Of a stretch of 64,000 bases of DNA, positions 25,782 through 36,279 are shown piece after piece. This stretch comes from Candidatus Liptonbacteria bacterium (GTDB lineage Bacteria > Patescibacteriota > Minisyncoccia > UBA6257 > 2-01-FULL-56-20). Where the stretch lies: positions 335,702 through 399,701 of the forward strand of contig JAHFLL010000001.1 in the NCBI GenBank assembly GCA_023244895.1, read 5' to 3'. Position numbers and translations under genes: made by a program. Below the pieces are notes generated by a model, which saw nothing but the letters and a program-made list of their open reading frames with translations, did no database searches and was not told where the DNA came from. Position 1 is the stretch's first letter, and each line of letters opens with the position of its first letter.

Positions 25782-26283
25782 AAACATGGATACAGAAAAA
25801 GACTTACCAAATGGTGACGCGCCTTCTGGAGATGAGCTCTCCAAATGCAACGCGGAGCGGGATGAATATCTAGCGGGCTGGCAGAGGGCCAAAGCGGATT
25901 TGATTAATTATAAAAAGGAGGAATTCAAGCGTTTAGAAGAAGCCGCCAGATATCAATTGGAAGATGTTGTTTACGACTTGGTGGCGGTGCTGGATAATTT
26001 TGACCTGGCTATTTCCGCTATGGAGAAGCAGGGTCAGGTGGAAAAAGGAATATATCTTATCAGAACCCAGTTGGAAGACTCTTTAAAACGCCGCGGTTTA
26101 ACGAAAATAGCGGCCAGCCCCGGGGACGATTTTAGCCCCGGAACTATGGAGGCGGTTGCCATGGCGGAGGTGGACGGTCCGCCGGACAAGGTAGTAGAGG
26201 TAATAGAGACAGGCTATAAGATTTACGAGAAAATATTAAGACCGGTCAGGGTGAGAGTCAGCAAGGAGAAAGGCTTAAATTAA
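25759..26283 (+). CDS. grpE: Nucleotide exchange factor GrpE (the ORF track begins it at 25678; ATG 25759 is the more likely start)
   Basis: DNFDLAI and the C-terminal GYKIYEKILRPVRVRV beta-domain. Confidence 0.8.
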   Translation: MNEEKDNKNMDTEKDLPNGDAPSGDELSKCNAERDEYLAGWQRAKADLINYKKEEFKRLEEAARYQLEDVVYDLVAVLDNFDLAISAMEKQGQVEKGIYLIRTQLEDSLKRRGLTKIAASPGDDFSPGTMEAVAMAEVDGPPDKVVEVIETGYKIYEKILRPVRVRVSKEKGLN

Positions 26284-26307
26284 ACAAAAAATATAAAATA
26301 AAAAAAT

Positions 26308-28176
26308 ATGGCTAAAATAATCGGTATAGACTTGGGTACGACCAACTCCGCGGTAGCCGTGATGGAAGGCGGAGAGGCAAAAATATTGGAAAACGCGGAG
26401 GGTAATCGCACCACGCCGTCCATCGTCGCGATGAGTAAAGGCAATGAGCGCCTGGTGGGACTTTTGGCTAAGCGCCAAGCGATCACTAACCCCAAGAACA
26501 CTATTTCTTCGGTGAAGCGTTTAATCGGCAGAAAATTTAGCGACAAGGAAATCGGGCGGGATAAGAATTGGTTGCCCTACGAGATGGTAGAAAGCAGCCA
26601 TGGCGGAGTGGAGGTAAAGATGGGCGACAAAAATTATTCGCCGGAAGAAGTGTCCGCTTTTATATTGGGTAAATTAAAGGCGGATGCGGAGGCGCGGCTG
26701 GGAGAAAAGGTGGAAGAGGCAGTTATAACTGTGCCGGCTTATTTCGACGACTCTCAGCGTCAGGCGACTAAGAACGCGGGCGAGATTGCGGGCCTGAAGG
26801 TTCGGCGCATAATCAACGAGCCGACCGCGGCCGCGCTGGCCTACGGGATGAATAAGCAGAAAAACGAGAAAATTGTGGTCTATGATTTCGGGGGAGGTAC
26901 TTTTGATATCTCCGTTCTGGAAGTCGGGGACGACACGGTAGAGGTAAAATCAACCGGAGGAGACACTCATTTGGGCGGAGACGACTTGGACAAGCGTGTC
27001 ATAGAGTTTCTCTTAGCGGAATACAAAAAGGCGGAAGGAATAGATTTGGCCAAAGACGCTTTGGCTCTTCAGCGCCTTAAGGAGGCAGCCGAGCGCGCCA
27101 AGCACGAGCTTTCTACTGCGGTAGAGACCGAAGTTAATCTGCCCTACATCACTTCCGACGCGAATGGACCCAAGCACTTCGTGTACAAAATGTCGCGGGC
27201 TAAATTGGAGAGCTTGGTCAAAGATTTAATTGATCACTCCGTAGAATTAACCGAACAAGTAGTTAAGGAGGCGGGCTTCAAATTATCCGACATTAATGAA
27301 GTGATTATGGTGGGTGGCCAGACCCGTATGCCCGCGATTCAGGAGGCGGTAAAAAATTTGTTTGGTAAGGAGCCGCATAAGGGCATTAACCCGGATGAGG
27401 TGGTAGCAATGGGCGCGGCCATTCAGGCTGGAATTTTGCAAGGAGACGTGAAGGATATCCTCCTACTCGACGTAACTCCCTTAACCTTAAGTATTGAAAC
27501 TTTGGGTAGCGTGGCTACGCCCATGATAGCCAAGAATACGACCGTGCCGACCAGCAAGACCCAGGTTTTCTCTACTGCCGCGGATAATCAAACCTCGGTA
27601 GAGGTGCATGTTTTGCAGGGTGAGCGTCCTATGGCATCTGATAATCGCACCCTGGCGCGTTTCATGCTGGAAGGTATCCCGCCCGCGCCCCGAGGCATTC
27701 CGCAGGTAGAAGTCGCTTTTGATATAGACGCGAACGGTATTTTGAGCGTCAAAGCGACCGACAAGGCTAGCGGCAAATCCCAGTCCGTGCGCATTGAGGC
27801 ATCTACCAATCTGTCCAAAGAAGAGATAGAGAAGTTGAGGCAAGACGCGGCGGCACACGCTGCGGAAGACGAGAAGAAAAAGGAGTTGATAGAAGCGCGT
27901 AATCACGCGGAAAGCATGATCTACCTTTCGGAAAAATCTTTGAAAGACGCGGGGGATAAGATCGGAGAAGATATAAAGACTCCCGTGAATCAAAAGATTG
28001 AAGAACTAAAGAGGGTCAAAGAAGGAGAGGATTTAGAGGCAATCAAATCCGCTACGGAAGGTCTTTCCCAAGAGATACAAAAAATAGGTCAGGCGATGTA
28101 TAATAAAGGACAAGATGCAACCGGGACTAATCAATCCGAACCGGAACCTCCCGCCCAGGCAGAATCCGGCAACTAA
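26308..28176 (+). CDS. dnaK: Molecular chaperone DnaK (Hsp70)
   Basis: [24 protein letters not shown] and other motifs; 622 aa. Confidence 0.95.
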   Translation: MAKIIGIDLGTTNSAVAVMEGGEAKILENAEGNRTTPSIVAMSKGNERLVGLLAKRQAITNPKNTISSVKRLIGRKFSDKEIGRDKNWLPYEMVESSHGGVEVKMGDKNYSPEEVSAFILGKLKADAEARLGEKVEEAVITVPAYFDDSQRQATKNAGEIAGLKVRRIINEPTAAALAYGMNKQKNEKIVVYDFGGGTFDISVLEVGDDTVEVKSTGGDTHLGGDDLDKRVIEFLLAEYKKAEGIDLAKDALALQRLKEAAERAKHELSTAVETEVNLPYITSDANGPKHFVYKMSRAKLESLVKDLIDHSVELTEQVVKEAGFKLSDINEVIMVGGQTRMPAIQEAVKNLFGKEPHKGINPDEVVAMGAAIQAGILQGDVKDILLLDVTPLTLSIETLGSVATPMIAKNTTVPTSKTQVFSTAADNQTSVEVHVLQGERPMASDNRTLARFMLEGIPPAPRGIPQVEVAFDIDANGILSVKATDKASGKSQSVRIEASTNLSKEEIEKLRQDAAAHAAEDEKKKELIEARNHAESMIYLSEKSLKDAGDKIGEDIKTPVNQKIEELKRVKEGEDLEAIKSATEGLSQEIQKIGQAMYNKGQDATGTNQSEPEPPAQAESGN

Positions 28177-29161
28177 CGAGAACCTTATCAAGCCCCTTTC
28201 GGCGGAACATGTTGTCCGCCCGCCCGGTTTTTGGTCGGGATTGATCGTGGACCTAATGGTTATTCTTTTGGCCTGCTGGTCGGGATATCTTTACTATAAA
28301 TATCTGACCATAGGCGGGAACCTTCTGGTTTACGCCATAGCCGCCAGCTCCTTATTGCTTGTAGTGTCTTTATTCGACACGCTGCTTACTAAAAGTTTTA
28401 CCCGCAGGATAGTGATTGTGGTAGCGGAGGTCGTGGTAATGTCTCTGTGGTTCATGACCTCCGGAATGATGAGCTTTGTCTTAGCAGTGGCAGGCGCAAC
28501 AGCGTTCTTTATGCTCTGGGGCGAACTGCAGAGTCGTCGGGAGATGGAGAATGGTCTGGAGGTGCAGTTCTTTAAAATAGCCCGCTACCAGTTAAATAAA
28601 GGTATTACCGCACTGGTTCTGTTTGGGGTTCTGTCCTACTTGCCGCTTTATAGTCAGGAAAAAATATTTTTGCCGGAGAATGTTTTCTCTTCTGTTTATG
28701 GCTGGGCGGCCAGCGTAGTGAAGGGCATGTATCCGGAACTGGAGCTAACCGGTGATTTCAACAACTTTATAGGCAGCATCACCGATCTTAAAGTTAAAAC
28801 CAACTACGACTTTGCCGGCTTGCCGGACGACGCTCAAAAACTGATTTTACAAGAAATGAACGCGCAGACTATAAAGGCGATAAAAGACAGAATAAACATA
28901 GATTTTTCGGAAAATCAGCCCATGCATCAGATCTTCTATAACTATCTAAAAGGAGTAGTTAAAAATTGGGAAGGTAAGTTTGGAGAAAAGTTTTTGGCTG
29001 CCTGGGCGGTGGTGGTGTTCTTTATTATGCGCAGTTTCGGTTTTGTCTTGTATATTATTCTGTCCATAGTTTCATTCTTCATCTATCAGATACTCCTAGC
29101 CACCAATTTTATCCATATCGTCGGGGAAAGCAGGGTGCACGAGAAACTGGAATACAGTTGA
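28115..29161 (+). CDS. Hypothetical multi-TM membrane protein between dnaK and dnaJ (the start is probably downstream of 28115)
   Basis: The ORF overlaps the dnaK 3' end in another frame; there are hydrophobic helices at both ends. Confidence 0.4.
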   Translation: MQPGLINPNRNLPPRQNPATNENLIKPLSAEHVVRPPGFWSGLIVDLMVILLACWSGYLYYKYLTIGGNLLVYAIAASSLLLVVSLFDTLLTKSFTRRIVIVVAEVVVMSLWFMTSGMMSFVLAVAGATAFFMLWGELQSRREMENGLEVQFFKIARYQLNKGITALVLFGVLSYLPLYSQEKIFLPENVFSSVYGWAASVVKGMYPELELTGDFNNFIGSITDLKVKTNYDFAGLPDDAQKLILQEMNAQTIKAIKDRINIDFSENQPMHQIFYNYLKGVVKNWEGKFGEKFLAAWAVVVFFIMRSFGFVLYIILSIVSFFIYQILLATNFIHIVGESRVHEKLEYS

Positions 29162-29244
29162 TTAAAGTAAGTAGCAGGTGGTATGTAGTAAGTAAGTTAG
29201 TTTTCCCCTCGAACTACTACTCACTACTATCTACTCATTGATCC

Positions 29245-30321
29245 ATGAAAGACTACTATAAAATATTAGGCGTAGAAAAAACCGCTTCCGAAGAGGAAAT
29301 AAAGAAAGCTTTTCGCAAGCTGGCACATCAGCACCATCCCGACAAGCAGGGCGGGAACGAGAGCAAATTTAAGGAGGCGAATGAGGCTTATCAGGTTTTG
29401 TCCGATAAGCAGAAGCGCGCGCAGTACGACCGCTTTGGTACGGCAGATGGTGGTTTTGGCGGATTCGGAGGCGGACCCCAGGGATTTGAGGGATTTGATT
29501 TTAGTGGATTTCAGAGCGGGCAGGTTGGCGATTTGGGAGATATTTTTGAATCTTTTTTTGAAGGCTTGGGAGTCCAGAACCGCCGGCCGACCTATCGTAA
29601 AGGCTCGGACTTGGAGATGTCTATGGAGATATCTCTGGAAGATGCTTTCAGTGGCATAACCAGAGAGGTTTCGTTTGACACTTTTATTGTCTGTGCGAAA
29701 TGTAGTGGTAAGGGCGGCGACTTGTCGGCGGGAACTAAAAATTGCGCGACTTGCAATGGCCGGGGCGAGGTGCGAGAAGAGAGGCAGACTTTTTTTGGTA
29801 ATTTTGCCCAAAATCGCGTTTGCCCCACCTGTAACGGCCATCGTCAGGTTCCCAATAAGCCCTGCCCGGAGTGTAAAGGTAGCGGACGGACCAAGGGCGC
29901 GCGCAAAGTACGGGTAGAAATAGTTGCCGGCGTGCAGAATGGCCAGATCGTAAAAATGGCCGGAGCGGGGGAGACGGGCGAAAAAGGTAGCGGCAACGGC
30001 GATCTGTACCTGCATATTAAAATAAAGCCACATAATATTTTCACCCGCCAAGGCGATGATCTGATTGTAAAAAAAGAAATAACCGCCTGGGATTTGCTTT
30101 TAGAGAGAAAAATTGAGGTTCAGACCATTGAGGGCAAGAAGATAAAAGTAGAATTGCCTTCTGGATTGAATCTACGGGAATATCTGAAAGTCGCGGGCGA
30201 GGGCATGCCTCGTTTCGGCAGTTTTGGTCGGGGCGCCCTTTTGATTAACTTAACATTGAAATCTCCAGGTAAATTGAGCCATAAGGCTCAGAAGCTTATT
30301 GAGGAGGCGGAAGGGGCATAG
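29245..30321 (+). CDS. dnaJ: Molecular chaperone DnaJ
   Basis: J-domain HPD, Gly/Phe-rich region, four CxxCxGxG zinc-finger repeats. Confidence 0.9.
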   Translation: MKDYYKILGVEKTASEEEIKKAFRKLAHQHHPDKQGGNESKFKEANEAYQVLSDKQKRAQYDRFGTADGGFGGFGGGPQGFEGFDFSGFQSGQVGDLGDIFESFFEGLGVQNRRPTYRKGSDLEMSMEISLEDAFSGITREVSFDTFIVCAKCSGKGGDLSAGTKNCATCNGRGEVREERQTFFGNFAQNRVCPTCNGHRQVPNKPCPECKGSGRTKGARKVRVEIVAGVQNGQIVKMAGAGETGEKGSGNGDLYLHIKIKPHNIFTRQGDDLIVKKEITAWDLLLERKIEVQTIEGKKIKVELPSGLNLREYLKVAGEGMPRFGSFGRGALLINLTLKSPGKLSHKAQKLIEEAEGA

Positions 30322-30390
30322 TATTTCGGTCTTGATTCTTTTTTAATAAATAGTATTAATAGATGTAGTTTCGGGCGTTTTCAGAAAGAG

Positions 30391-30801
30391 GTGTTTATGT
30401 CGTGGCCGATGTTTCTCGTCGCAGCGATCTTTCTGACTTTCGGGTTTCTCTATTGGTTCTACCTCACTCCCAGCGGTGTCAGGGCTCGGCTGCGCGAGGA
30501 GATCAAGCGGGAGGATGGGTCAGAATCCTTGAGAAGTCACAGTCTCCAGACGGCAACAGACTGGCTGATTGCCAGAAAGGTGAGGGTCTGGAAGAACTGG
30601 AACGAGACGCGCCGGGCGGCGACAGCCTCCAATCTTCCCCGGGAGACAGTGGAAGTGTATGAGGGAAGATGCGCTTCGGCCAAGAACGACTTGGAAAGGT
30701 TGTATGAACTGGCCAAGAAAGGCAAGCTCTCGGTGTTTGCCCTTTGGGGCACCTATCTCGAGCGTGGCTTGGACACCTTTCCGCCCAAGGCATCAGTCTA
30801 G
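30391..30801 (+). CDS. Hypothetical protein with an N-terminal TM helix, in a GC-rich cassette directly upstream of tRNA-Lys
   Basis: RBS agaaagaggtgtttATG; high GC; no recognisable domain. Confidence 0.4.
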   Translation: MFMSWPMFLVAAIFLTFGFLYWFYLTPSGVRARLREEIKREDGSESLRSHSLQTATDWLIARKVRVWKNWNETRRAATASNLPRETVEVYEGRCASAKNDLERLYELAKKGKLSVFALWGTYLERGLDTFPPKASV

Positions 30802-30810
30802 CGAGTCATG

Positions 30811-30847
30811 GGGGCGCCAACGTCGGCGCCCTCGTTCGTTTTATTTG
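30811..30847 (+). terminator. Rho-independent terminator (GGGCGCCAACGTCGGCGCCC + T-rich)
   Basis: Read directly. Confidence 0.5.
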
Positions 30848-30886
30848 AAAAATATAAGATTGCTGTTATAATTTTCCCTGCGATTT

Positions 30887-30960
30887 GCGCCCATAGCTCA
30901 GTCTGGTAGAGCAGCTCCCTTTTAAGGAGATGGTCCCAGGTTCAAATCCTGGTGGGCGCA
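30887..30960 (+). tRNA. tRNA-Lys (anticodon UUU)
   Basis: Manual cloverleaf. The acceptor stem GCGCCCA pairs with TGGGCGC. The D-arm is GCTC/GAGC. The anticodon loop is CTTTTAA. The T-arm is CCAGG-TTCAAAT-CCTGG. 74 nt, no encoded CCA. Confidence 0.85.
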
Positions 30961-31075
30961 CTAGGTTAACTCATAATTTATATTTTTTCTTTACTATAGG
31001 CACGGGCTTGATTATTTTTGTTTAGCTTATATATACTCTGTTCAGTTTCCTTGCTCCAACCGAGAGGAGGGTTTC

Positions 31076-31444
31076 GTGCCATTGCTGGGCGCTTTCATGA
31101 CGGTCGCGTTCTTTCTATATAGCGCGGCAATTTGGTCAGAAAGGTGTCAGCGCAGGCTGGTCCTTTGGATGGCGGTTCTGATGGCGTTCGGCTTTCTGGC
31201 CGACTCTATCGGGACCGGCATGATGATGCAGCTGGCCCGGGACAAGGGTCTGCAAGTGGGCGTGCATGGTTGCTTCGGCTATGTGGCCCTGGCCATCATG
31301 TTCCTCCATTTCGTATGGGCGGTGGGCACGGTGCTCTTTGACGAGAAATGGCAGATCTACTTCAGTCGTTTCTCCATCTGGGCGTGGTGCCTCTGGGTTA
31401 TCGCTTTCGTCATCGGCGGGATGGGGGCAGTGAACAAGGGATGA
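31076..31444 (+). CDS. Hypothetical 4-TM membrane protein in a GC-rich cassette downstream of tRNA-Lys (GTG start)
   Basis: RBS gagaggaggg; high GC. Confidence 0.4.
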   Translation: MPLLGAFMTVAFFLYSAAIWSERCQRRLVLWMAVLMAFGFLADSIGTGMMMQLARDKGLQVGVHGCFGYVALAIMFLHFVWAVGTVLFDEKWQIYFSRFSIWAWCLWVIAFVIGGMGAVNKG

Positions 31445-31454
31445 GGAGGAGCGC

Positions 31455-31688
31455 GTGATGCACAAGATGGTTTCGGTTGTGGTCCCGTTAGAGCTTTACG
31501 GGATCTTCAGCGGGAACTTCGGTTCGGCTTCGCCGGTCACGGTATCGCTTTCGACCAAGCTGGGGCTCGGCCAAGGCGACACTGTGTCCTGGGAGTGTGG
31601 TAGCGGGCACTCCGGCCAGGCGCGAGTGCTGCATAGTTCGCCGTGCGACGAAGTCGGCAAGGCGAACTACGTCATCGAGAAGCTCTGA
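31455..31688 (+). CDS. Small protein with an AbrB/MazE/SpoVT-like swapped-hairpin motif (putative antitoxin-like DNA binder)
   Basis: VTVSLSTKLGLGQGDTVSWE resembles MazE/AbrB (RIPATLMQALNLNIDDEV); RBS gaggagg. Confidence 0.3.
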   Translation: MMHKMVSVVVPLELYGIFSGNFGSASPVTVSLSTKLGLGQGDTVSWECGSGHSGQARVLHSSPCDEVGKANYVIEKL

Positions 31689-31695
31689 GATCTTC

Positions 31696-31728
31696 GGCCC
31701 CGGCCAGCATCGTGCTGTGTCCGGGGCC
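31696..31728 (+). terminator. Long GC hairpin (GGCCCCGG..CCGGGGCC) followed by a T-rich tract; probable terminator of the cassette
   Basis: Read directly. Confidence 0.4.
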
Positions 31729-31783
31729 GGCTACGTTTATGGTTTTAACTATATATTGATTGAAATTGTGGAAATTTGTTAAG

Positions 31784-32080
31784 ATGAGTATACAAAATAT
31801 GGAAACAAGCAAGATAGACGGAGGCAAGAAACTTTGGTTCAAAAGACGACTGTTTGGTTGGGGCTGGTGTCCCTGCTCTTGGCAGGGCTGGGTGGTGACG
31901 CTCGGCTACGTAGTGTTGGTGGCATTTTTCGCTTTCACCATAGACGAAAATTCCTCAGATAAGGAAGTTGTTTTTACTTTTCTTCTGCCGTTAGTTTTCC
32001 TGACGCTCACGCTTTTGCGTATAGCCTATAAAACCGGCGAGAAGCCTAGGTGGCAGTGGGGCAAGAGGAGGGAGGACTGA
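31784..32080 (+). CDS. Small hypothetical membrane protein
   Basis: ATG 31784 after TATATT; one or two TM helices. Confidence 0.35.
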   Translation: MSIQNMETSKIDGGKKLWFKRRLFGWGWCPCSWQGWVVTLGYVVLVAFFAFTIDENSSDKEVVFTFLLPLVFLTLTLLRIAYKTGEKPRWQWGKRRED

Positions 32081-32083
32081 TAC

Positions 32084-32851
32084 ATGCTGGGGAAGAAAGA
32101 AAAACTGAGATATATTGACTGGTTGATACGGGACAAGCACCCGGATTTTTTGGCGCATCCTAAGAAATATTTACCGCTTGTAGAAAAAGATATTAAGAGA
32201 TTAGAGGCAGGGGAGCCACTCGCGTATGTGATTGGCTGGGTGGATTTTCTGGGCGCCCGGATAGATTTGTCTTATAAGCCACTTATCCCGCGAGTGGAAA
32301 CCGAATTTTGGGTAGGGGAAGCTCTGCGCCTAATTCCTAATTCTAAATTCTCAATTCATTGTCTGGACCTGTGCGCCGGGTCGGGATGTATTGGGTTGGC
32401 TATTCTGAAGCGTCTGCCGAACTCAAAAGTGGTCTTCGCGGATAATTCTCCAAAAGCTATTGGGCAGATAAATAAAAACCTAACAATAAATAAGATAAAA
32501 AAATCACGAACAAGAGTTGTTGAGAGTAGCCTCTTTAAGAATGTGAAAGGCAAATTTGACTACATATTTACTAACCCGCCTTATATTCCCGCGGGACGCA
32601 AATTGCCTGTTTCGGTCAAAAAATATGAACCGAATAGCGCTCTTTTTGCCGGGCAGGATGGACTTAATCTTTTAAAGCGTATTCTGCGAGAAGCTCCGGG
32701 GCATCTTTCCGCTAACGGTCTGATTCTCTTTGAGTTTGATAGTGCTCAGAAAAATAAACTGGAAAAATTTATGGAACAGTTGCCTTATCGGAATGTGGAA
32801 TTCTATAAAGACCAATATGGCAAGTGGCGGTATGGGCGCGCCAAAATTTAA
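32084..32851 (+). CDS. prmC: Release-factor glutamine N5-methyltransferase PrmC/HemK
   Basis: NPPY motif (FTNPPYIP) and SAM-binding DLCAGSGCIG. Confidence 0.8.
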   Translation: MLGKKEKLRYIDWLIRDKHPDFLAHPKKYLPLVEKDIKRLEAGEPLAYVIGWVDFLGARIDLSYKPLIPRVETEFWVGEALRLIPNSKFSIHCLDLCAGSGCIGLAILKRLPNSKVVFADNSPKAIGQINKNLTINKIKKSRTRVVESSLFKNVKGKFDYIFTNPPYIPAGRKLPVSVKKYEPNSALFAGQDGLNLLKRILREAPGHLSANGLILFEFDSAQKNKLEKFMEQLPYRNVEFYKDQYGKWRYGRAKI

Positions 32852-32896
32852 ACAAAGGGCGCCTGGGGTTGCCAAAGCGCTCTAAAATCTGCTAAA

Positions 32897-34144
32897 ATGG
32901 GCGTCATGCGAAAATACTCTGGCTTATTACTGGCCCTTATCGTGGCCTTGGCGGTTGCGTCCGGTTTCTTCGTCTATCCCAAAAGCGAGTGGTCTAACAA
33001 GTGGCAGCCCTGGCGGCTCGGTTTGGATTTGGCCGGAGGAGCTCATTTGGTGTACAGAGTGGACCTTTCCAAAGTTAATCCCAGCGACCAACAGTCCGTC
33101 TTGGACGGTTTGCGAGACGTAATTGAGAGAAGGGTAAATTTGTTCGGCGTATCCGAGCCGCAGGTGTACGTGGCGAAGTCCGGCGAGAATTCCGAACTAG
33201 TAGTGGAATTGGCTGGTGTCACGAGCGTGGACCAGGCTATAAAAAATATTGGCGAGACTCCAATTTTGGACTTTCGCGAGGTAGAGGAAGGTCCCTCCAG
33301 CACGATAAACTACGTGTATACCAATCTGACCGGTCAATACATGACCGGCGCCCAGTTAACGTACAATCAGACTACCGGCGCGCCGGAAGTAGCTATTTCA
33401 TTCAACGAAGAAGGTGGCAAAATATTTGAGAAAATAACCGAGGCCAATATTGGAAAACCGCTAGCCATTTTCTTGGATAATGGCCTGGTAAGCGCGCCTA
33501 CGGTTCAGAATAAGATTAGCGGCGGCAGCGCGGTTATCAACGGCGTATCTCTTGCGGAGGCCAAGGACATGATCCAGAGATTCAACGCGGGAGCCTTACC
33601 TGCGCCCATAAGTTTGGTTGACCAAATGTCTATCAGCCCCAGCCTTGGCACAGACTCTCTGAAGTCCGCCGTCTGGGCCGGTTTCCTCGGAACTCTTCTG
33701 GTAATGTTGTTTATGGTCGGTTACTACCGCAAACTTGGTATTTTTGCCTCCTTGGCTCTCGTCATATATATACTCCTCACGCTCGGGGTATTTAAGATAT
33801 TCGCCATCACTATGACCTTGGCCGGCGTAGCCGGATTCATTCTGACTATCGGTATGGCGGTGGACGCGAACATTCTTATTTTTGAAAGAGTAAGGGAGGA
33901 GCTTAAAAAGGGCTTGTCTCGGGCAGCCGCTATGCACGAAGGTTTTAAGCGCGCCTGGCCTTCTATCCGGGATTCAAACACCAGCACCTTTATCACTGCG
34001 GCCATTCTTTACTTCTTTACCACCAGCTTCGTGAAGGGTTTCGCCCTGAACTTGGCACTGGGAGTGGCCATCTCCCTTTTCTCCGCTATTACCACCACGC
34101 GCTTGCTATTGGAGGTGTTTATGAAAGATAAAAAAGCACAATAA
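32897..34144 (+). CDS. secD: Protein translocase subunit SecD
   Basis: Periplasmic domain plus a 6-TM SecD/SecF C-terminus. Confidence 0.9.
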   Translation: MGVMRKYSGLLLALIVALAVASGFFVYPKSEWSNKWQPWRLGLDLAGGAHLVYRVDLSKVNPSDQQSVLDGLRDVIERRVNLFGVSEPQVYVAKSGENSELVVELAGVTSVDQAIKNIGETPILDFREVEEGPSSTINYVYTNLTGQYMTGAQLTYNQTTGAPEVAISFNEEGGKIFEKITEANIGKPLAIFLDNGLVSAPTVQNKISGGSAVINGVSLAEAKDMIQRFNAGALPAPISLVDQMSISPSLGTDSLKSAVWAGFLGTLLVMLFMVGYYRKLGIFASLALVIYILLTLGVFKIFAITMTLAGVAGFILTIGMAVDANILIFERVREELKKGLSRAAAMHEGFKRAWPSIRDSNTSTFITAAILYFFTTSFVKGFALNLALGVAISLFSAITTTRLLLEVFMKDKKAQ

Positions 34145-34149
34145 CTAAT

Positions 34150-35067
34150 ATGCACACCAATATTAACGTAGTTGGTAATCGCAGGATATTCTTAGGCATT
34201 GCGGCCGCTTTAATCGCGGCGGCAATTCTCGCGATAGTGATTTTCAAATTTGAACCGGGCGTGGATTTCAGCGGGGGAGCCTTGATTAAATTTAAGTTAG
34301 CCAATCAGGTTGACACGGAAGAGCTCCAAAAATATTTTGTGGAAGAGCTCAAATTTCCAGAGACTCGCGTAAGCTATGATCCAGTAACCGCTAGCTATCT
34401 CGCGCGCCTACCGGGAGACGTAAGCAGTGAGCACGAAAGAATAACCGCTGGTCTGACCACGAAGCTTTCTGGTTTTGAGGAGCAGTCCTTCCAGTCCATT
34501 GGTCCATCCATTGGAGCGGAGCTTCGCAAAAAATCTATAATTGCCATGATCTTGGTTTTGGTCGGAATCTCCTTTTATGTGGCTTATGCGTTTCGCAAGG
34601 TTTTCCGCCCGGTTAGTTCCTGGAAGTACGGCTGGGTAACACTCATGTCCCTTTTCCACGACGTGGTGATTCCCGCCGGACTCTTGGCCGTTATGGGTCA
34701 CTTCTTCGGCGTGGAGATTGACGGTAACTTTGTGGTGGCACTTCTGGTTATCATGGGATTCTCGGTGCACGACACGATTGTGGTTTTTGACCGTATCCGC
34801 GAAAACTTGGTTCTGGATCGGGGCAAGAGCGAGTTTGGTCACGTTATCAATCGTAGCGTGAACGAAACCCTGGCCCGCTCCATAAACACCTCGCTCACCC
34901 TTATTATCGTGTTGCTGGCCCTTTATTTTGCTGGCCCGGCAGCCCTTAAGTACTTCATTCTGACCCTTCTGGTAGGAGTCACAACCGGTATATACTCTTC
35001 AGTATTCGTAGCCAGTCCATTGCTTCTTATATGGCACAACTGGTCTAACCGCCACAAAACAAATTAG
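34150..35067 (+). CDS. secF: Protein translocase subunit SecF
   Basis: Adjacent to secD; conserved SecF TM core. Confidence 0.9.
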   Translation: MHTNINVVGNRRIFLGIAAALIAAAILAIVIFKFEPGVDFSGGALIKFKLANQVDTEELQKYFVEELKFPETRVSYDPVTASYLARLPGDVSSEHERITAGLTTKLSGFEEQSFQSIGPSIGAELRKKSIIAMILVLVGISFYVAYAFRKVFRPVSSWKYGWVTLMSLFHDVVIPAGLLAVMGHFFGVEIDGNFVVALLVIMGFSVHDTIVVFDRIRENLVLDRGKSEFGHVINRSVNETLARSINTSLTLIIVLLALYFAGPAALKYFILTLLVGVTTGIYSSVFVASPLLLIWHNWSNRHKTN

Positions 35068-35132
35068 TTGTCAAAGCCAGGGGTATTGTCAATCTTGACT
35101 GGTAGGGTATAGTAGGATATAATCAAAAAGTT

Positions 35133-36167
35133 ATGAAATATTCCGCCAACAAGTTAGTAGACAACCTATTGGAGTCTTTAAACGAACGTCAGCGGGAGGT
35201 TTTGGTTGGTCGTTTCGGTCTGGGTAAAAGTGGCAAGTCTGAAACCCTGGCCTCTTTAGGTGCGCGTTACCGGGTAACCCGTGAAAGAGTGCGTCAGATT
35301 GAGGCTTCTGCCCTCCAGATTTTAAAGAAGCATATCTCTCAAAATTCCGTTTGCCAGGAAATATTGGAGCGGGGCAAGAAAGAACTCAAGGAGGCGGGCG
35401 GAGTATTGAAGGCGGATGAATTACTGAAGCTTTTAAAAGATATCGCGGATGATCTAACCCAGAATCAATTGGCGATGATTTTGGAATCTTCCAAGTCCTT
35501 CTTTTTCTATCCGGAAGATAAAGACCGCTGGCATTTCTACGCTTTGGACAAGAATAGTTTTAAAAACGCCGCGCTTCTGGTAGAAAAGTGGACCGCTCTC
35601 TTGCAGGCTAAAAAGGAACACGTCCTGAATGGGAAATATGAAGTTTTGTGGGACGAGTTCGTGAGCAAAAGAGATTTAAAAGCGCATCACGCCAAAAATC
35701 ACCTTTCAATTTCCAAAAAGATACATCGCAATCCTTATGGCGACACCGGTCTCGCGGAATGGTCCGAGATCTTGCCGCGCACTATTCGGGACAGAGTTTA
35801 TCTAATATTGCGTAAAAAGAAGGAACCAATGCACTTCCGCAATATCGCCAAAGCGATAAACGAGATGTTCAAAGCTCGCAGTCAGGCTTCCGCTCCTACC
35901 GTTCATAACGAGCTCATCAAAGATGATCGTTTCGTATTAGTGGGCAGGGGAATATACGCTTTGCGCGAGCATGGCTACGAGCCGGGTACGGCCAAAGAGG
36001 TAATAGTAAGGATTTTAAAGCGCCACGGCTCATTGCGTCCCAAAGATGTTATCCTAGCCGTGCAGAAAGAGCGTTTCTTTAAGCCCAATACCGTACTCGT
36101 TAATCTTCAGAATAGGAACCATTTCACTCGCAAGAAAGACGGAACCTACATAGTGAGGGAGGCGTAG
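35133..36167 (+). CDS. DNA-binding protein with an N-terminal sigma-70 region-4-like HTH and a C-terminal HARE-HTH (RpoE-delta-like) domain
   Basis: RQREVLVGRFGL...TLASLGARYRVTRERVRQIEASALQILKK, and C-terminal PMHFRNIAKAI. Confidence 0.5.
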   Translation: MKYSANKLVDNLLESLNERQREVLVGRFGLGKSGKSETLASLGARYRVTRERVRQIEASALQILKKHISQNSVCQEILERGKKELKEAGGVLKADELLKLLKDIADDLTQNQLAMILESSKSFFFYPEDKDRWHFYALDKNSFKNAALLVEKWTALLQAKKEHVLNGKYEVLWDEFVSKRDLKAHHAKNHLSISKKIHRNPYGDTGLAEWSEILPRTIRDRVYLILRKKKEPMHFRNIAKAINEMFKARSQASAPTVHNELIKDDRFVLVGRGIYALREHGYEPGTAKEVIVRILKRHGSLRPKDVILAVQKERFFKPNTVLVNLQNRNHFTRKKDGTYIVREA

Positions 36168-36279
36168 AGATTGTCCTTGAGTTAAGAATTGAGAGCTAGG
36201 AATTAAGAAAAACTTAAAAACCACCAGTCTTAAACAAGGCAGGTGGTTTTTAAGCTGATGATTTGATAAAATATAAACA

